Positions 46,401 through 59,807 are shown, counted from the stretch's first letter. The stretch: 64,000 bases of DNA from Perkinsus chesapeaki ATCC PRA-425 (GCA_013115145.1 JAAPAO010000114.1:1-64000); one strand, 5' to 3'. A program made the numbers and translations. Notes: generated from the letters alone by a model not told the origin.

Positions 46401-49400
46401 TTGGTCAGCTGCCTCAGTAACACGTCGGCTTTACCCCCCCCCCCAGATTTTCACGCGCTAGAAGAGTCTTTGGTCGCAAGACGCCTCCTAAGTCTGCTCG
46501 TGAAATTATCGGAAGCCTTGATTCCGAGCTTTGATTCACAGAAGAAGTATGCTGTTACAATTCGACAGGATTTTTTTGCTGATGGATCGTGCTTGACCTC
46601 GACTTGCTGAGCCGCAGCCAAGGCCCTGTCCACAAAAAGGATAGCATTCGGGTCCGGGGGAGGCTTCGGATCGAGAGGGCATCTCCCAAATTTACTTCCA
46701 TCCTTTTCGTGGTCATTGAAGGCGCGATCGACAGTCAACGGCTTGTCGCAGAACTTACAAACTCCTCGAACGTTTGCAACTTTTGCAGCGCTGCTGGTAG
46801 CTGTTGCCTCTTCTGTCGCCTCCTTCAGGTCAGCCGCCGCTTCCTTTTTTCGCTTTGCTCTTAGCTTCAGCTCTTTGCTCACTTCAACAGATGTGACAGG
46901 CTTAGGTGCACCGCCCAAGGGCGCGCCCATAGCTAGAACTTCTGCACGGGGTGCTTCATCAAAATACATATCGTCGTCAGGCTGCAACGACTGATCCATT
47001 TCAGCAATTGCTCCCGCACCGCGAACAGTGGGAGCTACAGCTGACGCCCTGAAGGAATTCAGCTTCTTGATGAAGGTCTTAATACAATCCAAGGATATAG
47101 GGTGATAAGGCAGAGGCTTACGCCCTGTCAATAGAGCGTCATCGACTTCCTCGAGGGTCTTGCGCAGATATGCACGATACACAAATGCAGCACAACCGTG
47201 ACCGACAGGAGCCTCACTGCTCAAATTGCGGACAACGCCACGGATAGAGTCGGACCAGCGATTGAGCTTGACGCTGTGAGTTGTAGTGTGTAAGCTCTTG
47301 AGCCTACACAATTTGCGCTTTGGTCGGCCACTCTGAGCAGCTGCCTGAAACGCCAACTCGCCTTGGTCTGGGAGAATATCAGCAGGCGCATCACTCTCTT
47401 CTTCCTCAAACTCGAACTCCTCTTCTTCCCCCAGACCCTGACCGTCATCCATAACATCCAAGACAAGGTTCTCTGCGTCGTCTGCAGCACTTGAGGCATC
47501 AGCCTCCTCATCCGAATCGCAGGAATCTTTTTCTTCTTTTTCTTCTAACCACTCCTTGACGACATCGTCGTTCCTCTGAGCATCCAACATCTTGAGATAC
47601 TCATACCCGAAGGTAACCCCCTCAGTATTCAGAGTGATGTCGTTAGCGGTGCCTTGGTCAAGCTGTGGCTGTGTAGCCTGATACTCACTGGCCGATAGCG
47701 GGATGGGTATAGTTCCCAGCTGGCTGCCTGGGTCAAGCTGTGCGAACAAGCGTCGACTCGATAAGACTGCTCTCCAAAGCAGCTTGCTATCATAGACAGG
47801 CCCCGCAGCTCTGAGTTTTTTATGGGGCATACGTCCTCGAAAAAGAAAACTGGAGAAACGATAGACGAACCAAAACAACCAAATTCTACGCAACCCCCTA
47901 GATTTTCAGGTGCTACAAGCGTCTTTGATGGCAAGACGCCCCTCAAGTCTGCTCGTGAAGCAAATTATCAGAAGCTTCGATCCCGAGCAATGTTTAGTCA
48001 CAGAAGAAGTATGTTGTTACAATTCCACAGGACCGGTTGGCCACCACAACCTATGACAATCATGCGATGATTGTATGCACCGCTACGCGTCGGCCAACCG
48101 TTGCCCCTGACCTCGTCAGAGAATGGGGCTTTCGCGTAGCTGCGATTTGGAGTGCACCGCTGATGACTCGGCGTCTAAACCGACGTTACGGAGACAACAG
48201 GCACGGGAGATCGATCCAGGGAGGACGCGAGGCTTATTCCAATGAGCCTCATTCGAGATCTCTCAAGAGAGTGAGAAAGCGAGTTTCTACGAGAACCTAT
48301 GCCGCTAACCTTTCACGACCCCGGAACCACCAAGTTTGTCATTGATGAAAGCACTGAGAATATTTGTGAACTACTTCCTGAAGCGGAGAGTCAAGTCAAG
48401 TGTTCCAAGCCAGGAGCGAGGGTGTGTCTTCCTCCGAATCTACCGATCACGCTTCCAAGGTCAGCGACGTTCTTTGGCTCGGATCGAAGAATAGGACCAT
48501 GATCTCATTTTTTATTGTGGGATTGACCTCAGAGCTCTACTCCACACATGCATACAAACCAACACAAACACGAGCGACACGCAGCTCTACATGAACGACA
48601 AAAAATCTATCGTCGTGTTTGGATTCAATCCATACTGCGTCGTTTTGTTTCAAAGGACTCGCGCTGAATGGGCTCGATCAACTGTCACGTTACGTGGCAG
48701 TCGAGCTGTCGTGAGTCACGTATGACCTAGAACAGAGCAATCATGTTCCAGCAGGTCTTCAGTAGAAATAGTGTAGTTGGACTGAATCGATAAAAAAACC
48801 AATCGGCTTCGTCGGCGGAAAAAGGCAGCCTAGCCTGGAATCAAGTGAAATAGATGCATCTTCGTGGCCTGCAGTACAGGCTCCTCATGCCCTCATCCAC
48901 TTTGCACTCATACCCGGCTTTGGAGAGCCAAGGCCTTGCACGACACCGCTGTAGTACACTGTTATGTTGTGTCTTTATGGATGTTCGTTTGTATTATTAT
49001 TCCTGGTTATTCAGCCACCCTTGTTCTACGCTGCTCGAGAGAATCGGGTGGAAATGTGCAAAATGTTGATAGAAGAACTGGGAGTCTATGCAGCCCAGCG
49101 TGATGCAAAAGGAAAAGACGCAAAGTATTTTGTGAAGGATAATGATATGCTGTAAGATGGGGGAGTTGTTAAGCGCTTGTTTAACAAGCAGACGGTCTAG
49201 GGATCAATTCCTGGTGGAAAAATAATATTAAACTTTCGTTATTGCTTCAGCTGGACAACTCTGGAGCTCGTCCGGGAGACTTATCCGAATTTTGGAATAG
49301 ACACTTCATTTAAGACCGACACTTGAATGCGATTTTATGAGGTTGAATGATACCGTCAACTTTAATCAGTGCTCTGTACTAACTCACACTCAACGTTATC

Positions 49401-51688
49401 TTCCTTAGCCGCGCATATTTAGCCTCGATGGCCGACAAGGCGATAACCAGCAGTATAGCAGAGTCAGGGGCCCCTCCGCGAAAAAAGTATCGGTTGGTGT
49501 ACAAGGGAGGAGAGGTAGTTAATGAGCGAAAGGTATCGGGTTCGAACCCTTTGGATGGTATTTTTAGGGAAGTAATAGCGGCATATCTGTGACACCAGAG
49601 CAGATGGAACAGTTCGAGAATAAGTATCCTCATATTGCTGTATGGAAGAAGGATGTAAGTCGTGGGTTCGAACCCGGGTGAAGGCATTTCCATGTTTAAT
49701 CTGACGAACCTGCGACATTTGCTCTATTATTGGACGTATTTTCTTATACTGTTATACTTGTATGATAGCGATTCAGCCACTCCTGTGTAACTTATCATAA
49801 TCCAGTAGGTCATACAGGAACACCAAATGTTCCCTGAAGGAATCCATTTCACATTCAGTTTCACTATAGGAATGCATCTTACATTTCATCAATAAGAAAC
49901 CCGAAGTTTTCACCCTCAACGCGGAGCACATCGCTGTGAAACTGTCTCACTGAGACAAGATGGAGACTTATAGCCTCACCCCTCCGATCGATTCTTGCCT
50001 ACTGTAAGAGGTGATAAGATTCTAATGTTGAATTTAAAGAACTCCATACATCTCGGTCATCAACTGCCTGAGAAAGGAAGGATGTTTCAAAGCAGCGCAA
50101 TGATTTTGGGAACACGTGAAAGATTTTTACTATGGCTCAGGCGTTGTTGAATTTTCGATTGAAAGTTTTTCCCGAAGGGAAGCATGCGCATCACCTGGAC
50201 AACTCCATATTGCTCTTTCACTATTCTATAACATATTTGCAGGATAACGGACATGGGTTCGAATCCCAAGACGGTTTATTTAGGCACCTATATCGACACC
50301 ACCGACTCGGGCGAGCATGACGAAGGTGAATGGTCGATTGCAATCGACTGCGCCGAATTCACCGCCGCCGCAGGCGCGATCAAGTCGAGGAGGTGCTAAA
50401 AAGTGGCAGCAGTTGGCGAAGCAAGTTGTTAGGGAAATTCATAAGTGAGTTGTCGCAATACAGCAGCCGCATTCACTCTGAGATCAATCGGTTTTAGTTT
50501 CGACGACTCTCGTATATTCTTGAAGCCAGTCGATCCTGTGAAGGATGAATGCCCTGACTACTTCACAGTTGTTACCCATCCTATGGACTTCGGCACAGTA
50601 AGTTTGGAAAACCTATGCAAAGATTTTATGGAAAGATTTATATCACATCATTCTCCAGTGAGTTATATTGGACTTCTTACATTTCTTGATGTTCCTACTC
50701 AAAGGTTATAGATTCTTTTAATCATCTTGGGCATTACTATGTCGAAGCGTGTCATTGTTGGGTAATCGTTGTCGCCTTTTTGTTATCTATGCATCACTGT
50801 AAGTGCTATCAAGCACAGTATTACTTCTAATGATATTAGAAGTAGAGGATTTGGGAATCAAATTTCACGTTGTAACATTTCGCATTAACACGCTTATTAC
50901 ACCCAAATTGGGTTTGCGGGCTCAGACGCTCCCGGAAGAATTTAGCGCTCGCATCTCTCGCTTCTCCTGCTGCGAGTTTATGTTGGGTGAAGGTAGCAAA
51001 GACTGACATGAAAGGCTCCCAGGTGGAATGCAGTTGTACCTTGGAAAACTCTCGCATCGATTCCGCATTAGCAACATTTTTTGATTCGACCGGATGATTC
51101 CCCAGTCATTGTTGTTAATGTGACGCTACAATGACCTCTGTTAGCACTATAAGGGCTATTTAAAGGGCTACTTCATTCAGATACGAAAGAAGCTCCATAA
51201 AGGAGAATATCAAGACGCGTTGTCGTTCTATGAGGACTGTGATTTGGTATTTACGAACTGTGCTTTATACAACTCATCGGAGTCATTTGTTATGAAACAA
51301 TGCAGGAAAATAATGGTAAGCAAAGATATCGGGTCATTGTTGTGGTATAGAAGATAGAATAAAGATAGAGATAATGGCATTGGATAACGGCAACCAGGAT
51401 TGAATTCAAGCGTTAGTAGATTGGATTAGCATTTTTATGCATTTCCGGTCTTACCGTGTAATCGCCAAATCTGTTCTCAGTCACGGTTCAACGACTTGCT
51501 TGTTCAATTTGAGTTGGTCGGTCACATAGAAGCCGCCCGAGCAGAAAGGAGAAATCAGAAAGATGAAGAAGAGAATAATGACTTGGGCAATTCGGTGAGT
51601 GATATGCTTTGAAAGATTGGTGTAATTGAAAGATATTTTTCAGGTTAATCCAGTGGCAGCAGAACCCAGTGCGGGAACTGTGGCCTGA
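43479..51688 (+). CDS. Ankyrin-repeat + bromodomain protein (architecture of apicomplexan BDP1-type readers), multi-exon
   Basis: Ankyrin exons DGFGQTPLYYA, DQMQQTPLFYAA..GNTATCELLLEKGA, DHTGQ|PPLFYAAREN. Linker EQFENKYPHIAVW. Bromodomain IFLKPVDP...PDYFTVVTHPMDFGTV and DCDLVFTNCALYN. Last exon uncertain. Confidence 0.85.
46439..46570. repeat. Diverged direct repeat R1 (pair of 47894-48032)
   Basis: Aligns by eye to 47894-48032 with shared blocks agattttca, gcaagacgcc, aagtctgctcgtgaa, tcacagaagaagtatg, tgttacaattc. Confidence 0.85.
46451..47830 (-). CDS. Intronless ORF nested antisense in an intron: acidic tract + C-x2-C-x12-H-x9-C motif, possibly a transposon-derived C-terminal domain
   Basis: 480-codon open frame (46451-47893), first ATG at 47830 (MPHKK). 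Lies within the 45686-49014 intron of the ankyrin/bromodomain gene. Confidence 0.65.
   Translation of the reverse strand: MPHKKLRAAGPVYDSKLLWRAVLSSRRLFAQLDPGSQLGTIPIPLSASEYQATQPQLDQGTANDITLNTEGVTFGYEYLKMLDAQRNDDVVKEWLEEKEEKDSCDSDEEADASSAADDAENLVLDVMDDGQGLGEEEEFEFEEEESDAPADILPDQGELAFQAAAQSGRPKRKLCRLKSLHTTTHSVKLNRWSDSIRGVVRNLSSEAPVGHGCAAFVYRAYLRKTLEEVDDALLTGRKPLPYHPISLDCIKTFIKKLNSFRASAVAPTVRGAGAIAEMDQSLQPDDDMYFDEAPRAEVLAMGAPLGGAPKPVTSVEVSKELKLRAKRKKEAAADLKEATEEATATSSAAKVANVRGVCKFCDKPLTVDRAFNDHEKDGSKFGRCPLDPKPPPDPNAILFVDRALAAAQQVEVKHDPSAKKSCRIVTAYFFCESKLGIKASDNFTSRLRRRLATKDSSSA
47894..48032. repeat. Diverged direct repeat R2
   Basis: See R1. Carries small insertions and stops relative to R1. 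Confidence 0.85.
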
Positions 51689-52105
51689 TCGTGAAGTCCG
51701 CGTTAATGAAATAATATTTGCTGTAAACCCGTGATCTTTCCATAGGTTTCATTTTGCTCTCAATTCAGGTTATGGCGCATCGAACATATCGAACATCGTC
51801 CCTGAGAATCCGTAGTGATTTAGCAAGATAATAATAATGATCGACAATATGGCAATATTGTTGATGTTGTTGTTGCTTCCCCTAAAACGTCCATCCTTTT
51901 ATAGTTGTAACATTCCCTGCATTGACGACAATAGAAATGAGATGTTGAGTTAGTCTTAAAGTAGTGTGGAATTTTTTTACTCGTCATTCAAGATTCCAGT
52001 TGCCGTTATCTTTTTGCGAACCAATTTCAGAACTTACGTACAACACATTCCATTCACATGATGTGAATGCTCAATCACGCCGAATGAAAGTTTATTGCGA
52101 AGTAA

Positions 52106-52177
52106 TGCACCGTCCGGGAATTGAACCCGGACCATCTGCTTGGAAGGCAGATATCCTAACCATTAGACCAACGGTGC
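52106..52177 (-). tRNA. tRNA-Gly: tRNA-Gly (anticodon TCC)
   Basis: Reverse complement GCACCGTTGGTCTAATGGTTAGGATATCTGCCTTCCAAGCAGATGGTCCGGGTTCAATTCCCGGACGGTGCA folds as a full cloverleaf. Anticodon arm is TCTGC-CTTCCAA-GCAGA. Confidence 0.97.
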
Positions 52178-53197
52178 TGCTAAAAACCGAGACTCTGTCT
52201 CTGCATTACAGAACGCTCCGCGCATTCCCTCACGATTATCATGTTCATTCTTTTTCGCTATTTTGTCGTTGATTGCCACCCGTTAGCCCACAGCAAGATG
52301 ATCCATCAGATGCGTAGAAATGCTTGTTCAACTCGTATTTAGTACTCTTCTACTGTCTTTCTACGACGTTTTTCTCCCCCGGAAGGCGGAGCGAAGCATT
52401 CTACGTTTCGCATTTTTGTCGACGTCGTCATCTCGCGTCACTCCGCATTCAAAGCTACCATCAATAGCCGATAAGGAATTTTCCTTTGGCTTTTCACTAC
52501 GCAATTTTGCAGAAGGGACATCGTCCCACTGCATTGTCGCCGATTTTGCTCAACGTCGCCCCTCAGCTGAGCTGCCTAGGTCTCTTAGTTATCTTAGAGG
52601 ATGTGGGTTCAAACCTTGGTGGGGATGTTTATGGTTATGGGATATCAGCCTATCGATTTGATACGCATCGGGCATTCTCGAAATGTCGTTAAAACTCTAC
52701 TCATAACTAAACGTCATGGATTCCCTTTGGTTTTTGATGTTTCCAACTATGTTCAATAATACAGCGTAGTTCAAAAAATCACATTTTCCGTGAATATCGT
52801 TTTTGAGAGTTGCAGATATATCATTCGGTAGTGTACTGATTCGACATTTGAGCTACATGAGTATTTAATTATAATACATTTGCATAATATCGTATTTCTT
52901 AAGTATACATTCCATATTCCCTATAGTGCATTCCTTTTGCTACCTTCTCCGTGATGGACCAGCAAGACTTGGTCAATGAAACTACAGTTGCGAAAATCTG
53001 AATCTCGTCGGTAAGAGGTCTCCGGAATATCTTGGAATCTATTCCAACCAAATATAATAGTATTGATAAGTGTTATCTTCATAATATTCGATATTGCTCA
53101 CCGAGACGTGTATGTCGTGGTCTATTTATATGCAAAGTTAACATTATTTTAGCTCCGCCGTTGTTGTTCTTTCTCACACTCTTGTGACCCCTTTGAA

Positions 53198-56100
53198 ATG
53201 GATTACGGCGTCACTTCAGAGGACGTCGATTATGAGGACACTACTGCGGGGGCGACAGGGGTATCAACTGCCGGACAACCACAACAACAACAACCCCCGA
53301 GCGGAAATTTTCAACTGCCTCCAGACGATATGCTTGATGAAGATGATGAGGATACACAGCATTCATCATCTGATGTGGAGGAGGAAAATTCGGTAAAATC
53401 GGAGAATGGAGAAGTTGTGGAGACGGCTGAGGTTGAGGTAGAGGAGAGCCGACCTAATGTAGAGAATAATGAACGAAGTGGGACTAAAAGGAGGCGAGCA
53501 AGTGGGGGAGATGATCCACAAGAGAGGTCTCGGAGATGGTCTGGAGCAAATAGAGCTGGAAGGGAATCGCAAGCACGAGAATATCTCCCTTGTAGGTGTT
53601 TGGTACCGGACGATATTGCCGGTAATAAGATTTGAGGAGGAGGAGGAGAAATCGGGTATATTAAAATAATTATTAATCAGGTCATATAATAGGAGTTCGT
53701 GGAACTGGTCTTCATAGACTTCAGAAATTGAGCGGTGCGAATGTTCATGTGTCGAAGCCAAGTGAGACGCCAAAGTCATTAGTTGACCGGGTTGTCACAT
53801 TCATTGGTAATAGGGTAACAACAGCAGCAGTAGTAGTAGTGGGATGGTATTGATAGATCATGGTAGCAAAGGTAGCCATTTCATCGTGTCCAATAGGGGG
53901 TTCAGATTTAGAGTCAGTTCTATATAATGTTATGGGCGCCTTTTATCAATTTTATGGAATACATAGCGATAGAGTGATGACGTTGTCCTCCTTCTCGTCC
54001 TTCCTTCATCAATGGTTTGAAGGCAATCAACGATACGAGCTTTCCCGGAACATGACGGTGATGGTGACACATCAGTTTATTACACTGCCTGGTACGCATC
54101 ATCTGGATGAGTCCGAATCTGAGCCTCCTTGGAAATTAACATTATTACGCATACTTTTGAAGTTACTGAATTTGTTCATCTATCCGGAAGTTAGACTGCG
54201 GAGTACTGCTGCGGGACATTCAGGATCGATAATGTATTATTTAGCTTTATAATAATTGCTAAATTATATTATTTCATATTCACCTTCACACTTGAGCCTC
54301 TCGACGACCGTAACAATTGTATTCCAGGTAATCCTCAACAAGTGGATACCGCTGTAACGAAGTTGCTGGAAATGCTAAGGCGAGACAAACCGCAAAGTCG
54401 AGGAATATTCGTACTGCTGATACCAGAGGTACGATGATGGGTTTAGCGGAGGTCGCGGGTTCGAACCCTGTTCGCGGCCGCATACACCAAGAGTGGTATC
54501 TTCGCATTTATCACGTTTTTAATAGAGAGGCGGTAGAATGACTACTTGGTCGATAGTCTATCTACGGTAGATTAGTTGGCTAACTTACATTATTATTGGA
54601 ATATCATTTGGGTGTATTATACATGACATTAAGATATATAAAGGTATTGGTAGGAACTTATATGTAGCTTATTTTGTTTCACAACCCATTGTGTGGCCCC
54701 GCCTTTTTCTAATATTATTCCTGCTGTGATTCACTACTTCTTACTATTCCTATAGGGCTTATTATTATCCTCGTACGATAGGTAATATGCAGCATCTAGG
54801 AGAAAGCGCTTATTGGATTCCTTTGGTCTGGCCTGCTCATCTGATGTTCCTCGATAGATTCATCCTCCCTAATTTTGTATTCGTGGAATCGTGTCGTTGT
54901 ATGCCCCCATGAAGGGAATGATATATTTCTAGGTTCACATACTCTATACCGTATTTTTCACTAATTAGGTAACTTCATTTGCCTTCCTCGATAGTAGAGG
55001 TCAAAGATTGAGGGCGCTGGAGGGAGAGTACCACTGCGAGGTTACGGTAATAATTACTTAAGGCGGGTTCGATTCCGGGGGGAGACATCTATATTGGAAT
55101 GTTGGTGCATTTCACCTCCATTATGCTTCTATGGGAAAATGTGAATAAATTCCCTCTCTTTGAGGATTCGACTCCAAAGTGGCTGACGATTGCCTGTTTT
55201 GTTGGAATTAAATTGTTGTATAAAATTGTTGTAAATTTTTAATATGAGTTTGAGAAAAAACTGCATCTCGAGTTCATCTTCAAAGTACTGTAAGTAGAGG
55301 TCGAGGTGGGATGCCAGTAGTAGTAAAGAATAGTGATCGACGACGACAACGACGTCATACCTGCCAATATATGATAAATGTTGTTGTTTGTCGTTGTGAA
55401 GCTTATTTGTATATATAACAATAGTATTATTAATGTAATACTGTGTTGTATTGTAGCAGACTAGTGAACACTGTGTCTTTGGCGGTGTTGTTATCATTAA
55501 CGAAGACGCCCAGAGATGGAAGTGTCCGATACTATATAAATTATGTCGTCAGATTGCAAAGGCGCCAATCGAGGGTATGCGAGTAAGGCCTGTCATTATT
55601 AAAGGATCGGATGAAGCAACGGCGGCAGTAATCAGTAAGCTGCAGGCAACGGTAATAAGGGGGGAGGAAAGAGGGCTTATAATCATTGGATTGGGCTGGA
55701 TAATATAACGGCTTTGGAATTAGTTAGCAAGCAGGGTGTTGCATAAATGTGATATTATGGTGGCACAGATGGGTGTTATACGAATTGAAGTGCAGTCCTA
55801 TTGACATTGAAAAATATGGACAACAAGCTCGGCAACATTGATCAGAAAGGTGGTGTGTTTTGGATGAAAATATGCATTAATATGATTTTAGAATGCAAAT
55901 ATATGGTGTCTTGGGGAGCGGCAAGCTTGAATTCGACGACCTCTTTTGGGAGGAGGGGAAATTCTTTTTTCCGGACTGTTTGTAGAGATGCCTCGGACCT
56001 TTCGGTCAATTCTGGGGAAAAATTATGGCAAAGAAGCTAGAGTGGATTTTAAGTGGGAAAAAATAGGGAAGTTTCGGGCGGGGGATAATGATGCGGTTAG

Positions 56101-59100
56101 TTGACAGTTTTGGGGAAGGGAGAAATGCTCGTCTGCTTTGAAAGCCGCGACGAGATTTAACGACTGTTGAGGGAATTTTTGATTGTTTTGGTTACTGTGA
56201 TGCGCCCCCAAATGTGTGGCGTATAAAAATTATATAAAATAATAAAATTGTGTGTGTTACTATGTGCAAGAAGGTGATGGTATCGATTTAGGTGGAGAGT
56301 ATAGTTCGATCGAAGCACATTCCTCTGGAGGAAGCAAGTGCACTTATGGCAGGTGAATTAAATCGATGATGATGGTGCGATCCAAAATGTGTGTTATTAG
56401 ATCGAGGAAATGATAGAGGCTCGCAGCCTCCTCCTCCACCTCCACCACCACCACCATCGGTGCCGCCAGTTGATACTAGTGAAGTGGTTGTGCCGTGGGT
56501 CCCAGGATTGGAGAAGATACCAAGGGATCAGGTAAGGAGGGGCTAAGAGGGGTATACGAGAGTTATACAATATAGAGTTATACAATATAGAGTTATACAA
56601 TATAGAGTTATACAATATAGAGTTATACAGTATAGAGTTATACAGTATAGAGTTATACAATATAGAGTTATACTGTACCACTGTCGGAGGATTTTACGTT
56701 ATGTGAATTCGCTAAGGGAGATGAGGTCATTTGGGAAAAGCTAGTTTTGTAGGACTTTTGATTTTATTAATATTTATTTTTTGTTTGTATTCAACCGTGT
56801 GATAGAAGTATCTGATGATAATATGACATTATATAATAATAATGATACTTCTGGTACTATAACTATCTAATAATGTAACTTGTAAGGTTCAGTGGGGAAG
56901 TTTACAGTATGTTTATTAAGAAATGGATGTAGTAGGAATCTCTAAAAACTGTATTAATAAATATTCCTCTCTCTCGCACGAAATTGTCGACTCTGTCTTT
57001 TGCGGGGTTTCTATTCAAAAATTTGGGACAATAAATTAGAAGGAGATATTTCGCTTTTACTTGCTGTCTTTAGGACTCTGGATTCCCCCTCATGATGGTC
57101 ATTGATCGACGTTATTCATCATATATTATTGGTAAGAGCGGTAAGTGTGTGACAGAGATAGAGCACTGTAGTGGAGCCAGAATACAGTTTGAGAAGGCTG
57201 ATCAATTTCCACCTAACCCGAAGGTAAGGGTAATGCAGTCCAATAGTAGTATTACGGCGAGTAATTGCCATCATCATTTGAGAATTTAGGATTTAATAAA
57301 ACTTGAAATTTATTAAAGCTTCATTTTTTGTAAGTTGATATCTGGTCGCAATGAGGTGATGGTACTGAGGGGTACGATGGCGGAGAAATCACGAGGGATG
57401 GTAAAGATATTGGAAATGCTGGACTTGAAAGATGATAAGGTAGGGATAGTAGCATATAATTCTCACGCGCCATGAAAATATTTAGTTCTCGGAGTTGATG
57501 ATACCGGCTAATAAGACACGGAATGTGATTGGGAGAGGAGGTGACACTATAAACTGGATATGTAAAACTACAGGTAATATAAAGGGAAATATAAAGGGAA
57601 ATATAAAGGGAAATATAAAGGGAAATATAAAGGGGAATATAAAGGGAAATATAAAGGGAAATATAAAGGGGAATATAAAGGGAAATATAAAGGGGAATAT
57701 AAAGGGAATGAGGGGGTTTGGATAGGGTTAACAATGCCTACGGTGCTTCCGCTGCTGCTAGGGGGTTATCCTAAACTTTGTGGTCGTCTCAGGGTGGTGA
57801 GATGCTGCTGTTGATGTTGTTGTTTTGTTAGGGTGTAATGTTCAAGTACAGAAGTGCGATACAGGCGAAATGCCGACACGTTTCGTTACATTTGAAGGGT
57901 CACTGGAGGAAAGGGTAATAAGTGACATTACGGGCATGATATTCTAGTCTTACATATCGGAGCGTAGAGGATTATCGAATGCTTCCAGACTTTCTTATTG
58001 GAAACACATTACCACCAATTTCTAGATCAGATAGTGGTGTGATGATGACAGAGATGTCTCAGATATTTTCACCGTTTGACCTATGGGCCATTTTATTTCT
58101 ATTTTGCAAAGGTCTCACAATTCGCGAGTCATTTGCTATATTCATTTGTAAATTTTAAGTCGTATGATAATGAATAAAAGGATAAAGCTTGTCCCCCTTT
58201 CTGTCAGGTTAAAGCAGCTTTAATGGTTTTGGTAGCAATCGAGCTGAGCTTCATGCCCACATCATCATCACCTCCCGAAGAGCCGGAGTCAAACAGGAGG
58301 GAGCATCACCATCCACATCAAGGGGAGGAATGGGACAGAAACTACAGTCCGGGGAATAAAAAGGCAAGACACCAAGCAGATTATCAATCTCATGGACGGT
58401 CTACGGAAAGCCCCAGGGTAAATAATTTAGTGGCGCGCGGTAAATGGTTGCTGAGTTAGGGTCATCGTGGTGGTGGTTCGCATAGTTATGAAGCTGTAAG
58501 TGAGTCATGGTCGGAGTACCGTAGGAGAGGGTCGCTTGATAATGCCGCGGTCCAGCTGGGCACCGCTGCGGATCGACTCGGTAATGAATATGGTAGATAT
58601 GTATGAAATGTAATTTCCTATCCCAGGTTCAGATGTGGACCACGATGAAGCGTCCTATTTTTCTGTCGTTGTTGGTCGCAATACGGTCAATTCGTGGGTC
58701 AAGGCTGGATTTTTAGATGAGTTATCGAGGCGGAGCGGAGCTCATATAGAAATTGGCAAAGATGTATGTGATGAAGGATTTTGTTGGGGGGGACGTACGT
58801 TTTTACACAAAGTGTGGATCAGTAATGAACTTCGGTGGGAAAAGTATGTGCTTGAGAAGAATATTCCGCCGACTGGTTATAATGATTTAATTCCTCCCTG
58901 CTCCAGCACCTAGTAGGATAGTCGTTGATGAGCCCGTTAACTGTGTTGCTGAAGAAGCCTCAGGAAAAACACGAACTACTGATTGACACGTCGTTGAATT
59001 GGTCAGTTGCTGCAAATTATTGGTTATCGAGTTGTTGTTTTGTACTTGATATATATTTAATGGTTTGATTATTATAGTATAATACTTCACCAGATGTAAA

Positions 59101-59500
59101 TTATGAGTCAATTATAGTGTTCTACATAAAGAGCTATTTGTACAAGTATAAAATAAAGCCTATATAATACTCCTCCCTTCTGTTTAGGTTCCTCAAACCA
59201 TGGATCGTCAACTGCTGTTGAGTGGAACTATTCTTCAGAACTCATTAGCGTGTTTGTACATTCAAGCTAAGCTCTTATCCGGGTAGTAGTATGGTGGAGG
59301 GCATCAGTTTTTATGTCTGATAATAATAATAATCATAATAATAATCCAGTATACATTTAATATGAAGAATATATGTTGGTTGATAATGATGATGAGGAGG
59401 TAGAAGAAGAAGGGAATTGTCGTACACTGACGGCCTTAGCAACTTCGGATGGTGACCATTTTCTAGAATTCATAAAATGTGCCGAGTTCAGTTGTTGAAG
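53198..59500 (+). CDS. Multi-KH-domain RNA-binding protein, multi-exon (3' end approximate)
   Basis: Acidic N-terminus, then KH exons SYIIGKSGKCVTEIEHCSGARIQF, RNVIGRGGDTINWICKTTG, GNPQQVDTAVTKLLEML, and a poly-Pro linker. Confidence 0.75.
56559..56673. repeat. Intronic 15-bp minisatellite (AGAGTTATACAATAT x~7.7)
   Basis: Direct tandem units starting ~27 nt after the GT donor at 56532. Confidence 0.97.
57576..57707. repeat. Intronic 12-bp minisatellite (AATATAAAGGGA/G x11)
   Basis: Tandem units starting immediately after the GT donor at 57574-57575. Confidence 0.97.
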
Positions 59501-59807
59501 TTGGGAATTTGACCATTTTAATGCATATTGAAGCATTAACATGTGTTGACATTAACATTGAATCACCGGTATTCACCGCTTATTAGAGTTCTAGTAGAGA
59601 GACCATCACGGCGGTCGCTCGATATTAACAACAATGCCAACCGGCCAAATCCTGTTTTACGATTAGGGTTGTGCAAATTATTCATGTTCACTCAACCAGT
59701 ACATACAGTTTTCGGCACTACATATTGTATCCCTTATGAACCTGAACCGCGACCGTGCACTCGCCGATTGGGTACATTGTTGACAGCTTGATATAGTTTT
59801 GTTTCTC

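Noticed and set aside
56559-57707. Possible CRISPR-like arrays
   Set aside because: Head-to-tail tandem units with no spacers, in eukaryotic introns, with no cas genes.
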